Positions 1 to 11,789 of a DNA stretch of 64,000 nt are shown here, piece by piece; position 1 is the first letter of the stretch, and every line of letters starts with the position of its first letter. Origin of the DNA: Chiloscyllium plagiosum. Taxonomy: Eukaryota. The stretch lies in contig NC_057718.1 of NCBI RefSeq assembly GCF_004010195.1, forward strand, positions 90,284,933 to 90,348,932, given 5' to 3'. Below the pieces are notes generated by a model. It ran no database searches and was not told the DNA's origin. It was given only the letters and a program-made list of their open reading frames with translations. The translations under genes were made by a program, and so were the position numbers.

Positions 1-200
1 GCCTATCACCCTCACCTTAACCTCCTTCCACCTATTGCATTTCCAACACCCCTCCCCCAAGTCCCTCCTCCCTACCTTTTATCTTAGCCTGCTTAGCACA
101 CCTTCCTCATTCCTGAAGAAGGGCTTATCCCCGAAACGTCGATTCTTCGGCTCCTTGGATGCTGCCTGACCTGCTGCGCTTTTCCAGTAACACATTTTTC
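1..200 (+). mobile_element. Penelope-like element terminal (pLTR) fragment, family A, with hammerhead-like motif
   Basis: Near-identical to 5091-5262, which is linked to a GIY-YIG fragment. CTGAAGA-A-GGGCTTATCCCC-GAAA-CGTC at 113-140. Confidence 0.75.
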
Positions 201-660
201 AGCTCAGTCTCAGTCTATGTTTGGATAGTTTAAAATCCCTTGCCATAACACAACTTCCAACTTTTAGTTATGTATTTGCTTCTAATTTAGTTCTAGACTC
301 TGTATAATAGAATTACTTGTGATTTAAAGCAGATGGATTTAGCTTCCTGTCATTCACTTGTGTTGAATTTACCTTTATAATTCACTTTATTTTCATATCT
401 CATTAATTCCTATCTGTTATTTATGCACAGCATATTTGTATTTCATGCAGCTTGAACCCTTCAATGTTAATATTCTCTACATATTAGCTTTATTCACCCA
501 GATTGACTGAGCAACTGACTATTAGTTGACTTACATATTCCAATTGATTTAACTTGTCCACACACTTTTTCTCTCTGCACCTCTGCAGCTGAGTTCATTC
601 GCAAGAAAAATTCACTCCTGTCAATTAACTCTCACAGTTTAACAAAGATCAAAGACAATT

Positions 661-943
661 TTAGATTACTTACAGTGTGGAAACAGGCCCTTCGGCACAA
701 CAAGACCACACCGACCAGACCCATTCCCCTACATTTAACACCAAGGGCAATTTAGCATGGCCAATTCACCTGACCTGCACATTTTTGGACTGTGGGAGGA
801 AACCGGAGCACCCGGAGGAATCCCACGCAGACACGGGGAGAATGTGCAAACTCCACACAGTCAGTGGCCTGAGCCAGGAATTGAACCTGGGTCTTTGGCG
901 CTGTGAGGCACCAGTGCTATCCACTGAGCCACCGTGCTGCCCA
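661..943 (-). mobile_element. HE1-like V-SINE (tRNA-derived)
   Basis: Minus strand shows head GGCTCAGTGGATAGCAC...GGTTCAATTCC, V-domain TCCTCCGGGTGCTCCGGTTTCCTCCCAC, CR1-like tail and (TCTAA)-type end. Confidence 0.9.
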
Positions 944-949
944 CAGCTT

Positions 950-1496
950 ACAGCCCAGGAATAGACCCTTCGGCCCTCCAAGCCTGTGCCGATCCAAATC
1001 CACTGTCTAAACCTGTTGCCCAATTCCGAAGCATCTGTATCCCTCTGCTCCCCACCTACTCATGCATCTGTCCAGGCTCACCTTAAATGAACCTACCGTG
1101 CCTATCTCTACTAACTCTGCTGGCAACACGTTCCAGGCACTTACCACCCTCTATGTAAAGTATTTTCCGTGTGTATCCCCCTTAAACTTTCCACCTTTCA
1201 CCTTGAAAGTGTGACCTCTCGTTATTGAATCCCTCACCCTGGCAAAAAGCTTATCTCTACCCACCCTGTCTATACCTGTCATGATTTTGTAGACCTCAAT
1301 CAGGTCCCCCTCCCCCATCTCCTTTTTTCCTAATGAAAACAGTCCTAACCTACTCAACCTCTCTTCATAGCTAGCACCTTCCATACCAGACAGCATCCTC
1401 GTAAGCCTTCTCTGCACCCTCTCCAAAGTGTCCACATCCTTTTGGTAATGTGGCGACCATAACTGTACACAGTATTCTAAATGCGGCCGACCCAAA
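950..1496 (-). mobile_element. CR1-clade LINE 3' fragment (RT C-terminus and 3' UTR)
   Basis: ORF 1151-1591(-): RPHLEYCVQLWSPHYQKDVDTLERVQRRLTRM...GDLIEVYKIM. Confidence 0.9.
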
Positions 1497-1734
1497 GTTA
1501 GAGAAGAGAAACAGAAATACATAGTTCTATGTGGAAAGAGCAAAGGAGTAAACTGAACTAATGGCGAACTTTCTGATGAGCTTCTGCCCAAACACTAAAC
1601 TAAACCTTACGTACTGAGCACTAAGGGTGGAACTATCCCAGTCTCTGGATGGCATGGCCATTGGCGAGTCAGTTGGGAAAATATGACGAGAATTGAAAAC
1701 TGAACCTCTTGTTTTCAAGGAAACATTGGCTCAT

Positions 1735-1988
1735 TGAGTCCACACTGACCCTTCAAAAAGCATCCCTCCCTACCTTATCCTTGCATTTTCCATGGCTAAT
1801 CCACTTAAATTACACACCCCTGAACACTTTGGGCAATTGAGCATGAGCATGCACATTCGAAAACTGACCACCTGGAGGAAACCCATGCAGATACGGGGAG
1901 AACATGCAAACTCCGCACAGATAGTTGCCCGAAGGTGGGATCGAAACCGGGTCCCTGGCATTGTAAGACAGCAGTGCTAACCACTGAT
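1735..1988 (-). mobile_element. HE1-like V-SINE, degenerate
   Basis: Collinear with other copies (GGAGGAAACCCATGCAG...CAGCAGTGCTAACCACTGA on + strand). Confidence 0.8.
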
Positions 1989-2499
1989 CTGCCAGTTCCT
2001 GGCATGAAAGTCAGAGTGGGAACCGGGTGAAACCAGCTCACTGCCCACTCCAACATATCTGGGCACACTCCATGGGCAGTGACCACCAGCAACAGCCTGT
2101 TGTCCTTGCCATCCCCCTCACACCCCTATCCTTGAAGGTTGGCATCAAGCATGCACCAGCACCACATGGCACATCTCTGACTCACTTACAATAGAGTTCA
2201 CCACCTCAATACTGCACTTCATTGCAATGTTATTGTCAGGTGACTCAGGGCAGGCTACGATTTTGTATCAGAGCAGGGTGGCATCTTATTTCTCTGAGCT
2301 TACTCGCTCAGTGACCACTCAGTTTGCACTTTCTTGGATGCCACAGTATCTCTGCCTGGATATTTTGCACATTTCTATCTCATTCGGAACATTCAGCAAC
2401 ACATTCCTTTCTTTCCTTGTTTTTTTATGCACAAACACAAAGCCAGACAATGTATCATGGTGGTCTAAATGTCAATCTTAATGAGAAAGAAACCCTGTT

Positions 2500-3710
2500 A
2501 GAGGTCCTGTTAGAGGTCAGCGTGGAGTGGGCAAAGAGAGGGTTGGCATGGAGAAAAGAATCCAGAAATAAGTTATCCACCCAAACCTTGGATTTCCTGA
2601 ACCATAAATATTTCAAAGGAATGATTGATTGGAAAAATGTTAAAGATTATATCAAACGAAAAGATAAAGCTAATAATGTGTGCAAGGACTGGTCCAAAGG
2701 TTGGACAGAAGTGTTTTTAAAAATGCAAAGAATGTCTGAAGCATGTCTGAAGAAGGAAAGTTGTAGTTTGAAGGAAAGCTAGCCAGAAATATCAAAACAG
2801 ACAGCAGGAGTTACAGAAATATTTAAAGAAGAAAAATATTTTGAAGTTATCATTGGTTCTATTGAAAGTGAGACTGGAAAATTAATAATGGAAAATATGG
2901 AAAAGACAGATGAATTGAGAAGGTATTTTGCAGTAGTTTTCACTATGGAGGATACACGGAACATACCAGAAGCAGCGATAAATGGAAAGGAGACAGGAAC
3001 TCTGGAAAATTACAAGCACGAGGGAAGTGGTACTGAGTAAATTACACTGATCTATTATGTTAGGATCTTTACTGAAGTTGCTAGTTGACACATTAGGTTT
3101 AATTTTCCAAACCTCCATTGATTCTGCAATGATCCCATTAAATTTGAAGATAGCGAATGCAATTCCTTTATGCAAAATAGGAGGTAGACAGAAAGCTAAC
3201 AGGCCAGATGACAGACAGCTCAACCTCTGCCACAGAGAGAATGGCAGAAGCTATTATTAAAGAAGGTTTTAGTGGCAGTACTTGGATAAGTTAAAGGTAT
3301 TCAGGCAGAGTCAACTTGGTTTTGTAAATGAAATCATTTTTGACTAACTTCTGGAGTTACTTAAGGAGGGAACATTCTGTGGATAAAGTGGAACTGGTGG
3401 GTGTATTGTACTTAGATTACCAGGAAATGTTTGATCAAAGGTTTATCGCAAAAAATAAAAGTTCAGGGTGTTCAGTGGTGGCATGGATATGGATGGAGGA
3501 TTGGTTGGCTAACATACAGCATAGCACTAAGTCTTTTCTGACATATCTGAGCCTTTTCCAAGTTCGCAAGATGTAACAAGGGATGTGCCCCAAGGATCAG
3601 TTCTTGGTACTCAACTGCATTATTAAGAATTTATATCGATGACTGAGATGAAGGGATGGAAGTTTAAGGTTGCTAAATTTGCTGACACAAAGTTAGAGGG
3701 AAAGGTAAAT
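2500..3710 (+). mobile_element. Old CR1-clade LINE ORF2 fragment (tether and RT), frameshifted
   Basis: VKDYIKRKDKANN (tether), IFQTSIDSAMIPLNLKIANAIPLCKIGGRQK, LYLDYQEMFD, VAKFADTKLEG. Confidence 0.8.
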
Positions 3711-4443
3711 TCAACTTACTGCCATCTAACCCATACCCCAGTGTGGTTTCAGAATGAGAACATTCAGCAGGGACATTATTGCGTTCCTACAGCTGCAAGA
3801 GAAATGGCCCGACTGAAAGAAACCACCATCTATTTATTACCTTCCTTGATTTCACTGAGGCAGACCTACATCCTCAACACACTCCTGTCTAGACAGGGGT
3901 GAGACCTGGACAATAACTGCTATACATGAGCAAGGGCTAAACAATTTCTACCTCCCCCATGTCAGGCACATCCTCACCATCTCTTGCCAGAGCAAGAGGT
4001 CAACTCAGATACCCCGATGCCTGGTCATTTTGTCAACATACGCTCATTGCTATGTTAACGATGTCTGTGCTATCTCAGCCACGTTCATTGGATGGATCAC
4101 TGACCCAATCATTTTCGTTACTGTGAATTGGCCATGGGATCTCAACCTCCTGGGCATCTGTAGCTGTGCTGTGAGGCTACCTACAAGGGAAATTTGAAGA
4201 ATTAAGAGATTGAGGCTGACAAATGGGAGGCAGTTTCTGCTGGCCATGACTTCCGGAGGTTAATTTTGTGGGACGAGCATTGGAAAGGTGAGCAGAAACA
4301 AAGACATCCAGCTAGTCAATAAGAGAGTTCATAGAAAGCAGAAGCTTCTGAATTGTGCACCTTCTCAGCCCGGTGTCTTTTTCTGCAGTAAATGTGACAG
4401 ACACCGCCCTTCAGAGTTACACCATGCAATGCTTAAGTTAAAG

Positions 4444-4783
4444 TCATAGAACCCCTATAGTGTGGAAGCAGGCCATATGGTCCATTGAGACCATACTGAC
4501 CCTCCGAAGAGCATTCCAACCAGACCCAATCCCTGTAACCCTGCATTCCCATGGCCAATCCACCTGGCCTGCACATCCCTGAACACTATGAGGCAATTGA
4601 GCATGGTCAATTCACCCTGACCTGCACAACTTTGGATTGTGGGAGGAAACTGAAGCACCCAGAGGAAACCCACGCAGACACGGGGAGAATGTGCAAACTC
4701 TGCCCAGACAGTTGCCTGAGGGTGGTATCAAACCCAGGTCCCTGGCACTGTGAGGCAGCAGTGCTAACCACCATGCTGCCCAA
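4444..4783 (-). mobile_element. HE1-like V-SINE
   Basis: Full head, V-domain and tail collinear with other copies. Confidence 0.9.
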
Positions 4784-4857
4784 ATAGACCAGCGTGATAC
4801 AAACCATTGCCTAAAGAGGTGGAAGGCTGCCACAAACATTGTCACAGAACTAACTGG

Positions 4858-5262
4858 ACTTCCCTCCAAGGCCCCAAGGGACACTTCCATATCCGCCACA
4901 AATTCACCTGCACCTCCACACACATCATCTATTGCATCCGCTACACCCGATGTGGCCTCCACTATATTGGGGAGACAGGCCGCCTATTTGCGGAACGTTT
5001 CAGAGAACACCTCTGGGACACCCGGACCATGGTTGGTCCGGGTGTCCCAGAGGTGTTCTCTGAAACATTCCGCAAGTAGGCGGCCTGTCTTCCACCTATC
5101 GCATTTCCAACGCCCCTCCCCCAAGTCCCTCCTCCCTACCTTTTATCTTAGCCTGCTGGACACACTTTCCTCATTCCTGAAGAAGGGCTCATGCCCGAAA
5201 CGTCGATTCCCCTGTTCCTTGGATGCTGCCTGACCTGCTGCGCTTTTCCAGCAACACATTTT
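4858..5262 (+). mobile_element. Penelope-like element fragment: GIY-YIG endonuclease piece, inverted duplication and pLTR
   Basis: FTCTSTHIIYCIRYTRCGLHYIGETGRLFAERFREHLWD is a PLE-type GIY-YIG. 4973-5029 is repeated inverted at 5034-5090, followed by the family-A terminal sequence. Confidence 0.85.
5173..5208 (+). ncRNA. Minimal type-I hammerhead ribozyme motif (PLE family A), core intact
   Basis: CTGAAGA (5177-5183), A, stem II GGGC-TCAT-GCCC, GAAA (5197-5200), CGTC with self-complementary ACGT stem III; putative cleavage after GTC. Stem I is weak. Confidence 0.65.
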
Positions 5263-6406
5263 CATCACAGAACTAAGTCTAAACAACAGCTATGTCAAAT
5301 ACTAAAACTAAAATTGCATTTAAAACTAAAAGCTAAAACTAAGTACATACACAAGCATCAACTCTTAACACCAATACTAAATTCTTAACAAACTCTAAAC
5401 AGTAACTCCTAAACTAACATAACCATGACACAAATAGGAGACACAGAAGTCTAACGATGCTAACCCAGCACAAAACAATGATGCAATGTGCAAGCTAAAA
5501 AGAAATTGGTCCTAATTTTAGGAACATCTCATCTCTGGAAAACTGTTTGAATGCCATATTTGTTCTGGAGGTCTGCCTCAAGATAGCTTTTCAGATTAAA
5601 GCTATTTTTAAAACTGCAGCTTGTGGATTGGCGAGAGGCTTGGAAATATTTCCAAACAGAGGTAATTATTTATGGAAGGAGGTTGTCTTTGGGAATGTAA
5701 TCTCTTTCCCTGATAAAGAATTCTGTCAAACATGATAGCCGAACCAAAAGGATTAAGATTCTGTCTATTCTCCGAGGCTGCACAGGACAATAAATGCCTC
5801 TTTGAGCTCTCTGATCCCCTTCCAGATAATGCCGGGGTAAAATGCTCTTTGAGGCTTATCAGTTCACCAAAGGAACTCGTGTGATTAAACAACTGCTATT
5901 TTTGCCGGTCTTACATGTTGCAATCATAAAGTTGTCTTGTTGCTCTCCCCACCAACTTTAAAGATTTATTTTATTGCTGTGTCTGTTGTCAGCTTTGTTA
6001 TAATTGAACTTATTTCTACATGAACTTCCAAAATATTTAAAATGTGTCTGCACCTTGACCTTGATTCCTCTTCACATCTTCCCCATTAATTTTCATTCTC
6101 TTCATACTCTCGTTACATTTTTTGCTTCATGCAGAGATGTGCTTCCACGGATGATAGCTATAATATCGGACCTTGCCTCAGTGGGCATTTTGCACAGTTG
6201 GGCCAGAGCAGTGATTCGTGGTTGGCTATTCTACAACTGAGACATCGCAAACAAGGCAAGTCAAGGTTTGTGCTCACACACAACTTATTTCCAACACACC
6301 CAAGCATCCTGTACACACCTAGGCATACAACACACTGACAGACAACATAATACATGCACACAGAATACATTATGATATCAAATATGTGATTTGTATATTT
6401 ACTAAG

Positions 6407-7387
6407 ATCTATATGGACTTCAGTAACGCGTTCGACAAGGTTCCCCATGGGAGACTGATTAGCAAGGTTAGATCTCACGGAATACAGGGAGAACTAGCCA
6501 TTTGGATACAGAACTGGCTCAAAGGTAGAAGACAGAGGGTAGTGGTGGAGGGTTGTTTTTCAGACTGGAGCACCACAAGGATCGGTGCTGGGCCCTCTAC
6601 TTTTTGTCAGTTACATAAATCATTTGGATGCGAGCATAAGAGGTACAGTTAGTAAGTTTGCAGGTGACACCAAAATTGGAGGTGTAGTGGACAGCGAAGA
6701 GGATCACCTCAGATTNNNNNNNNNNNNNNNNNNNNNNNNNNNNNNNNNNNNNNNNNNNNNNNNNNNNNNNNNNNNNNNNNNNNNNNNNNNNNNNNNNNNN
6801 NNNNNNNNNNNNNNNNNNNNNNNNNNNNNNNNNNNNNNNNNNNNNNNNNNNNNNNNNNNNNNNNNNNNNNNNNNNNNNNNNNNNNNNNNNNNNNNNNNNN
6901 NNNNNNNNNNATGTTGTGAAACTTGAAAGGGCTCAGAAAAGATTTACAAGGATGTTGCCAGGGTTGGAGGATTTGAGCTATAGGGAGAGGCTGAACAGGC
7001 TGGGGCTGATTTCCCTGGCCCGTCGGAGGCTGAGGGGTGACCTTATAGAGGTTTATCAAATCATGAGGGGCATGGATAGGGTAAATAGGTAAAGTCTTTT
7101 CCCTGGGGTTGGGGAGTCCAGAACTAGAGGGCATAGGTTTAGGGTGAGAGGGGAACTTCACGCAGAGGGTGGTACTTGTATGGAATGAGCTGCCAGAGGA
7201 AGTGGTGGAGGCTGGTATAATTTACAACATTTAAAAGGCATCTTGATGGGTATATTAATTTGGAAGGTTTTGGAGGGATATGGGCTGGGTGCTGGCAGAT
7301 GGGGCTAGATTGGGTTGGGTTATCTGGTCGGCATGGACGGGTTGGACCGAAGGGTCTGTTTCCATGCTGTTCATTTCTATGACTCTA
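6407..7387 (+). mobile_element. CR1-clade LINE 3' part (RT and 3' UTR), spanning an N gap
   Basis: IYMDFSNAFDKVPHGRLISKVRSHGIQGELAIWIQNWL; SKFAGDTKIGGVVDSEE; tail CTATGACTCTAT. Confidence 0.9.
6716..6910. other. Assembly gap (N run)
   Basis: Ns in sequence. Confidence 1.
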
Positions 7388-8817
7388 TTTATTTTAGAGT
7401 TTGGAGTTTGGGCTAGTGGCATGTGAGTTTTGGCCTATGTGTCTGAAGGAGTAATAATTCACTCATCAGTCTATCTGGAACTATGATTTTAATCCAATTG
7501 GGAGTTGAATAATAATAATATGTGTTTGTTGGTTTATTTTTGTCAGAATTTCATGATTGGAACAAACATCGCAAAGTGTTAGCTTGCTTTTGGTTTACAA
7601 AATTCAAAAATTGCCTTTTTGCTTAGGAAAAACCATAGATAGGAAAGCTTTTGGGGGCAATTCACAGGAAACCTGGCTCAGATTAAATGTGTTTTCTCCA
7701 GGAGAACAGAGTTAGTTCAGAACAGTCATAATGTAGGTTACTTCATGGGAAATGTGTTAGTATGAAAATTCCAGAGCAAAAATGTTTGGTTACAACCATG
7801 ATTAGGATCATTTGAAGCTATGAAAGTTTAAGCTTAGCTGTGTGGATACTCAAGAAAAAGAAACTATCAAACTCACAAGACTGGGAATTGAGAGAAACTG
7901 TTAAGGCAGAAGCACAGATGTAGTAGAGAAAGTAACTCTCACTTTGAGATTTGAGTACCGTACAGTAATAGAGTAGATAGAAGTTTGTTTTACAATGCGC
8001 TTTGAAATCTTTCAAATTGTGTTGCATGCAAGTAGTTTGGTTTGTTCTCTTTCATGTTTTCTTTTCTGTAATACACTTCTGTTTTATTGTGAAAAATAAA
8101 TCTGCAGCATTGCTTGCTGAAATAAACCACCTTGTTACATGAAAAACAAATGTTCTGCACTCTTAGATCTGACTTATCAGACATCAGCTGGGATCATCCC
8201 AAAAAACACACACACAAAATACACAGTCGAATGGAGCATCACACCCAATGGTGCTTATGGTGGTTAAGGAGTATTTAACTGGCTGAGGGAATGGTAAAAC
8301 ATGCCTTCTTCTTTCCCACTTATAGCCTGATTAAGCATGAAGGCCCAAGATGGATTTTCTGCCCCACTGGCAATTGAAAGCTTCTGGTGGATAATTAATG
8401 GCCATTTAGGATCTCTTCCCACCGCCAATTGCATTAATTCAGCAGCGGGTTTGTCACGCAGGCAACACATAATAAGAAAACAGATATGGAGTTACTTGTG
8501 GGCTATTAGGGTGAGAGGTGAGGAAATACATCTTTCAAAGCTACTCAGATTGAGGAAGCTAGTGGGCGTGCCAAGTGCCACACCCCATCCTTACTGTGAA
8601 CTCTCTGTTCCATGAACTACACTCTAAACCCATGTGACTCTTCTCCTGCCATTACTCAGCTGTGATCTGGGATCCAGAGGAATACCGGGCTTTCAGATGT
8701 TGTTGTACCAGTAGTAGCCACCACATTCCAGAGGCTCAACCCTTCATAGGGCTCCCAGCAGCTCTTGGCAGGCAGACAACCCCCCACTGCAGAGACCATA
8801 CATTATGGGAAAGACCA

Positions 8818-8972
8818 TACAACACCAGGTCACAGTCCAACAGGTTTATCTGGAAGTACTAGCTTTTGGAGCGCTGCTCCTTCATCAGGTGGAACTATGT
8901 TGAACTATGATCTGGTGTTGTGTGATTTTTAACTGTGCCCACCCCAGTCCAACACTGGCACCTCCGCATCAG
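8818..8972. mobile_element. PLE-derived short element, family B (partly palindromic)
   Basis: CAACACCAGGT...TCCAACAGGTTTAT...GGAGCGCTGCTCCTTCATCAGG (hammerhead motif on minus strand), with an inverted CTGGTGTTGTGTGATTTT arm. Confidence 0.7.
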
Positions 8973-8994
8973 GGAAAGGCTACTGTTCTCTAGT

Positions 8995-9190
8995 TGAGAA
9001 GGTGAGGACTGCAGATGCTGGAGATCAGAGTTGAGAGTGTGTTGCTGGAAAAGCACAGCAGGTCAGGCAGCATCCGAGGAGCAGGAGAATCAGGAGCAGG
9101 AATCTGATGAAGAGCTTATGCCCAAAACGTTGATTCTCCTGCTCCTCGGATGCTGCCTGAACTGCTGTGCTTTTCCAGCTCCACACTCTA
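8995..9190. mobile_element. PLE-derived palindromic element, family A
   Basis: Arms GAGTGTGTTGCTGGAAAAGCACAGCAGGTCAGGCAGCATCCGAGGAGCAGGAGAATC and its reverse complement; degenerate CTGATGA...AAAACGTT motif. Confidence 0.8.
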
Positions 9191-9634
9191 GTTAATTACC
9201 TGAGTGATGCTTAATCGGACAGATCTTGTCTAAAAGAGGATGTGGGACCTCCTCGCCAGCTCTCCATCAAATGAGCAAGACTCCATCACTTCCTTTATAT
9301 ACAACACATGGGAGCTGCCAGTAGGTACTCATAGTGAAGTCAGAAAAACAATAGTGGGCAGTTGTGATGCCTTTAATTTCAATCCTAAACTGATTCCTGG
9401 AGGCATGAGGGAATGAATTGGGTGCCAAGTCAAGGAAGGAGATATTTGGAAGGTTGCTTGAGAAAGTTAGATCTTAAAGAAAGGAAGGGATGAGGAAAAG
9501 TTGAGAAAATAAACATCATATCTGAGGGCCTTATTCTTGAAGGCCATCTAGCATCAGTGGAACCATTATGGATTTCCCTCTCTCTGCAGCCCATGTGTCA
9601 TCCCTTATAACACCTCGATTACAATAAATTCACT

Positions 9635-9790
9635 TTGACTCCAGGGCTTGAGCACACAACTCTAAGCTGGCACTCTGGTCTGTCACACTGTCGGAGGTTC
9701 TGTCTTTCAGAAGACGCCTTGAACCAAGGTTCCCATCAGCCTACTCAGGTGGATCGAAAAGATCCCATAACACTATACGAAAAATGAGAA
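9635..9790 (+). mobile_element. Deu-domain SINE remnant (SacSINE1/AmnSINE1-like)
   Basis: CACTGTCGGAGGTTCTGTCTTTCAGAAGACGCCTTGAACCAAGG...CTCAGGTGGATCGAAAAGATCCCATAACACTAT resembles the recalled DeuSINE central domain. Confidence 0.65.
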
Positions 9791-9819
9791 GAATTATGTT
9801 TCTTTAATAGGGGATGCTT

Positions 9820-11145
9820 ATGGAGTGATGATGTTACTGGGTGAGTAATGCAAATGAAAGATTCAGAGTTATGCGTTCAAATCTTACCATAGCAGCTCGA
9901 GGAATCCAAACTTAATTTTCGTGATAATCATGAAACTGTCAAATTGTTGTAAAACTTCATCTAATTCATTGACATCTTATCTGATCTGGCCTCCATCTGA
10001 CTCCAGATTGACAGCAATGGACTTTATCTTCTCAAACGGCCGGACATCTTGTGTCAAACAGCTAGAAAAGGATCAAATGAGAATAAAACCAACCCAGGCC
10101 CCAGAAATTATTGAGGCATGCGCCAGCTGACTCGGCAAATTCCTGCTCACTAACATCTGGAACTTATGACAAAATTGGCAGAGCTTCGTGATGAGCTAGT
10201 CTTGCAACAACCTGACATAGTCAAACTCACTGAATCATACCTTGCAGCCCACATTCTAGATGCTTTCTCCATCCCTGGCTATGGTCCAGCCTACTGGTCG
10301 GACGAGTCTACCATAGGTGATGGCACAATTATAAACTGTATGGATGGAGTTGTCCTGGGAGTCCTTGACATCGACTCCAGACCCAATGATGTATCACAGC
10401 ATCAGATCAATGTCAGGCCAATTCTGATTGTCCCATCTCTTGGCTGATAGACTAGTTCTCCTCCAACAGTGGAGTGGCACAGTGGCTCAGTAGGGGGGTG
10501 GCACAGTGGCTCAGTGGTTAGCACTGCTGCCTCACAGCACCAGGGAGTGGGGTTCAATTCCAGCTATGGGCGACTGTGTATGTGGAGATTGCACATTCTC
10601 CCCATGTCTGTGTGGGTTTCCTCTGAGTGCTCCGGTTTTCTCCCACAATCCAAAGATGTGCAGGTCACGGTGAATTGCCCATTTTGTTCATGGATGTGTA
10701 TTAGTCAGGGGTAAATGTAGAGTAATGGGTCTGGGTGGGTTACTCTTCAGAGGGTCAGTGCGGACTGGTTGGGCCAAAGGGCCTGTTTCCACACAGTAGG
10801 GATTCTATGTTTCTATGGTTCTAACTCCATTTGAAGGAAGCTCTGAGTGTCTCAAGGGCACAGAAAGGACTCTGAGAGGGGAATTTTAATGACCCTCATC
10901 AGGAGTGGCACATGACTAACCGAGCTGACTGGCAGAGCTGCCAGACTTGGTTTACATCAGATGGTGAGGGAATCACCAAGAGGGACAGTGCTGGTAGGAG
11001 TGACCACTTTGTGTAGAGGAAGTCACATCTTCACACTGAGGTCAACATGCGTTATGTTGTGTGACTTCACCAATCTGATAAATGGGATCGACTCATAACA
11101 ATCAAGCAGTTCAAACTGGGCATCGAGGAGATGCTTTAGACCATC
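9820..11145 (+). mobile_element. 5' part of a second CR1/L2-group LINE family (tRNA-like head then APE endonuclease), interrupted by an HE1 SINE
   Basis: From about 10140: LLTNIW/...KLAELRDELVLQQPDIVKLTESYL...SIPGY (APE N-terminus); G.FN motif near 10880; upstream 9820-10020 is collinear with the element at 11790-12110. Confidence 0.7.
10474..10817 (+). mobile_element. HE1-like V-SINE with duplicated 5' end
   Basis: GTGGCACAGTGGCTCAGT occurs twice (about 10475 and 10498), followed by a full SINE body. Confidence 0.9.
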
Positions 11146-11789
11146 AATATGGGATATGCTAAGTCATCCCAAAACCAACAGAGTAGATCAAAGCTCTATA
11201 ACCTGAAGAAGTAAACAACATCATTCCTTTAATCCCATTGTTTAAGCAGAAAGCTGTTAATCCAACTTCACATGTGCTGTGATCATCACTGCACCGTTCT
11301 CAAATTGCCACGTTTCATTGACTAACCTGCTTTGAGCTAAAGGGTTGAGGGAAAACATCGGATTAGCAATCTATGCCCATCGTTTTGACTTCCTCCTTCA
11401 AATGGTGCATGCCCAGTATTAGCCACCATTCTCTGAGGGCGCTGTTGAGCGCCAGTCCTCTAAACTGGCCGGCAATCCTTTTGGGGTGGGTGATGGCTGC
11501 TATCCTTAATTGGTTGGGAGTCCTGGCAACAGCCTCTTCATTGACTACCCCTTCCCCATCGCTATAGAATGTGACCCAGGTTCCTAGCATCCTCGAAAGC
11601 ACCATTGTTCTGTTGTCCAACTTCTTACCCCTCCAGAAGAGCCTTGCCCCCCTCAGAAAATCCAAACCTAATGTTTCTCACGTTAGGTTAACCATTTTAT
11701 TCTTGATAGAAAAGTAATATACAGCGTGATTCTTAGTAGAGAGATCTGTGCTCTCAAGTACACATTCCCAGCCCATATGGGGAGTGGAC

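Noticed and set aside
677..964. Recurrent peptide LDCGRKPEHPEETHADTGRMCKLHT as a gene family
   Set aside because: Antisense translation of the HE1 V-SINE.
1605..1720. Possible minus-strand exon ending at a GTAAGG donor (about 1610)
   Set aside because: No clear acceptor, no recognisable peptide and no partner exons.
2324..2782. 152-aa ORF as a host gene
   Set aside because: The C-terminal part is CR1 ORF2 tether sequence.
11363..11665. 100-aa minus-strand ORF as a gene or exon
   Set aside because: Non-ATG start, no recognisable domain and no convincing splice signals.
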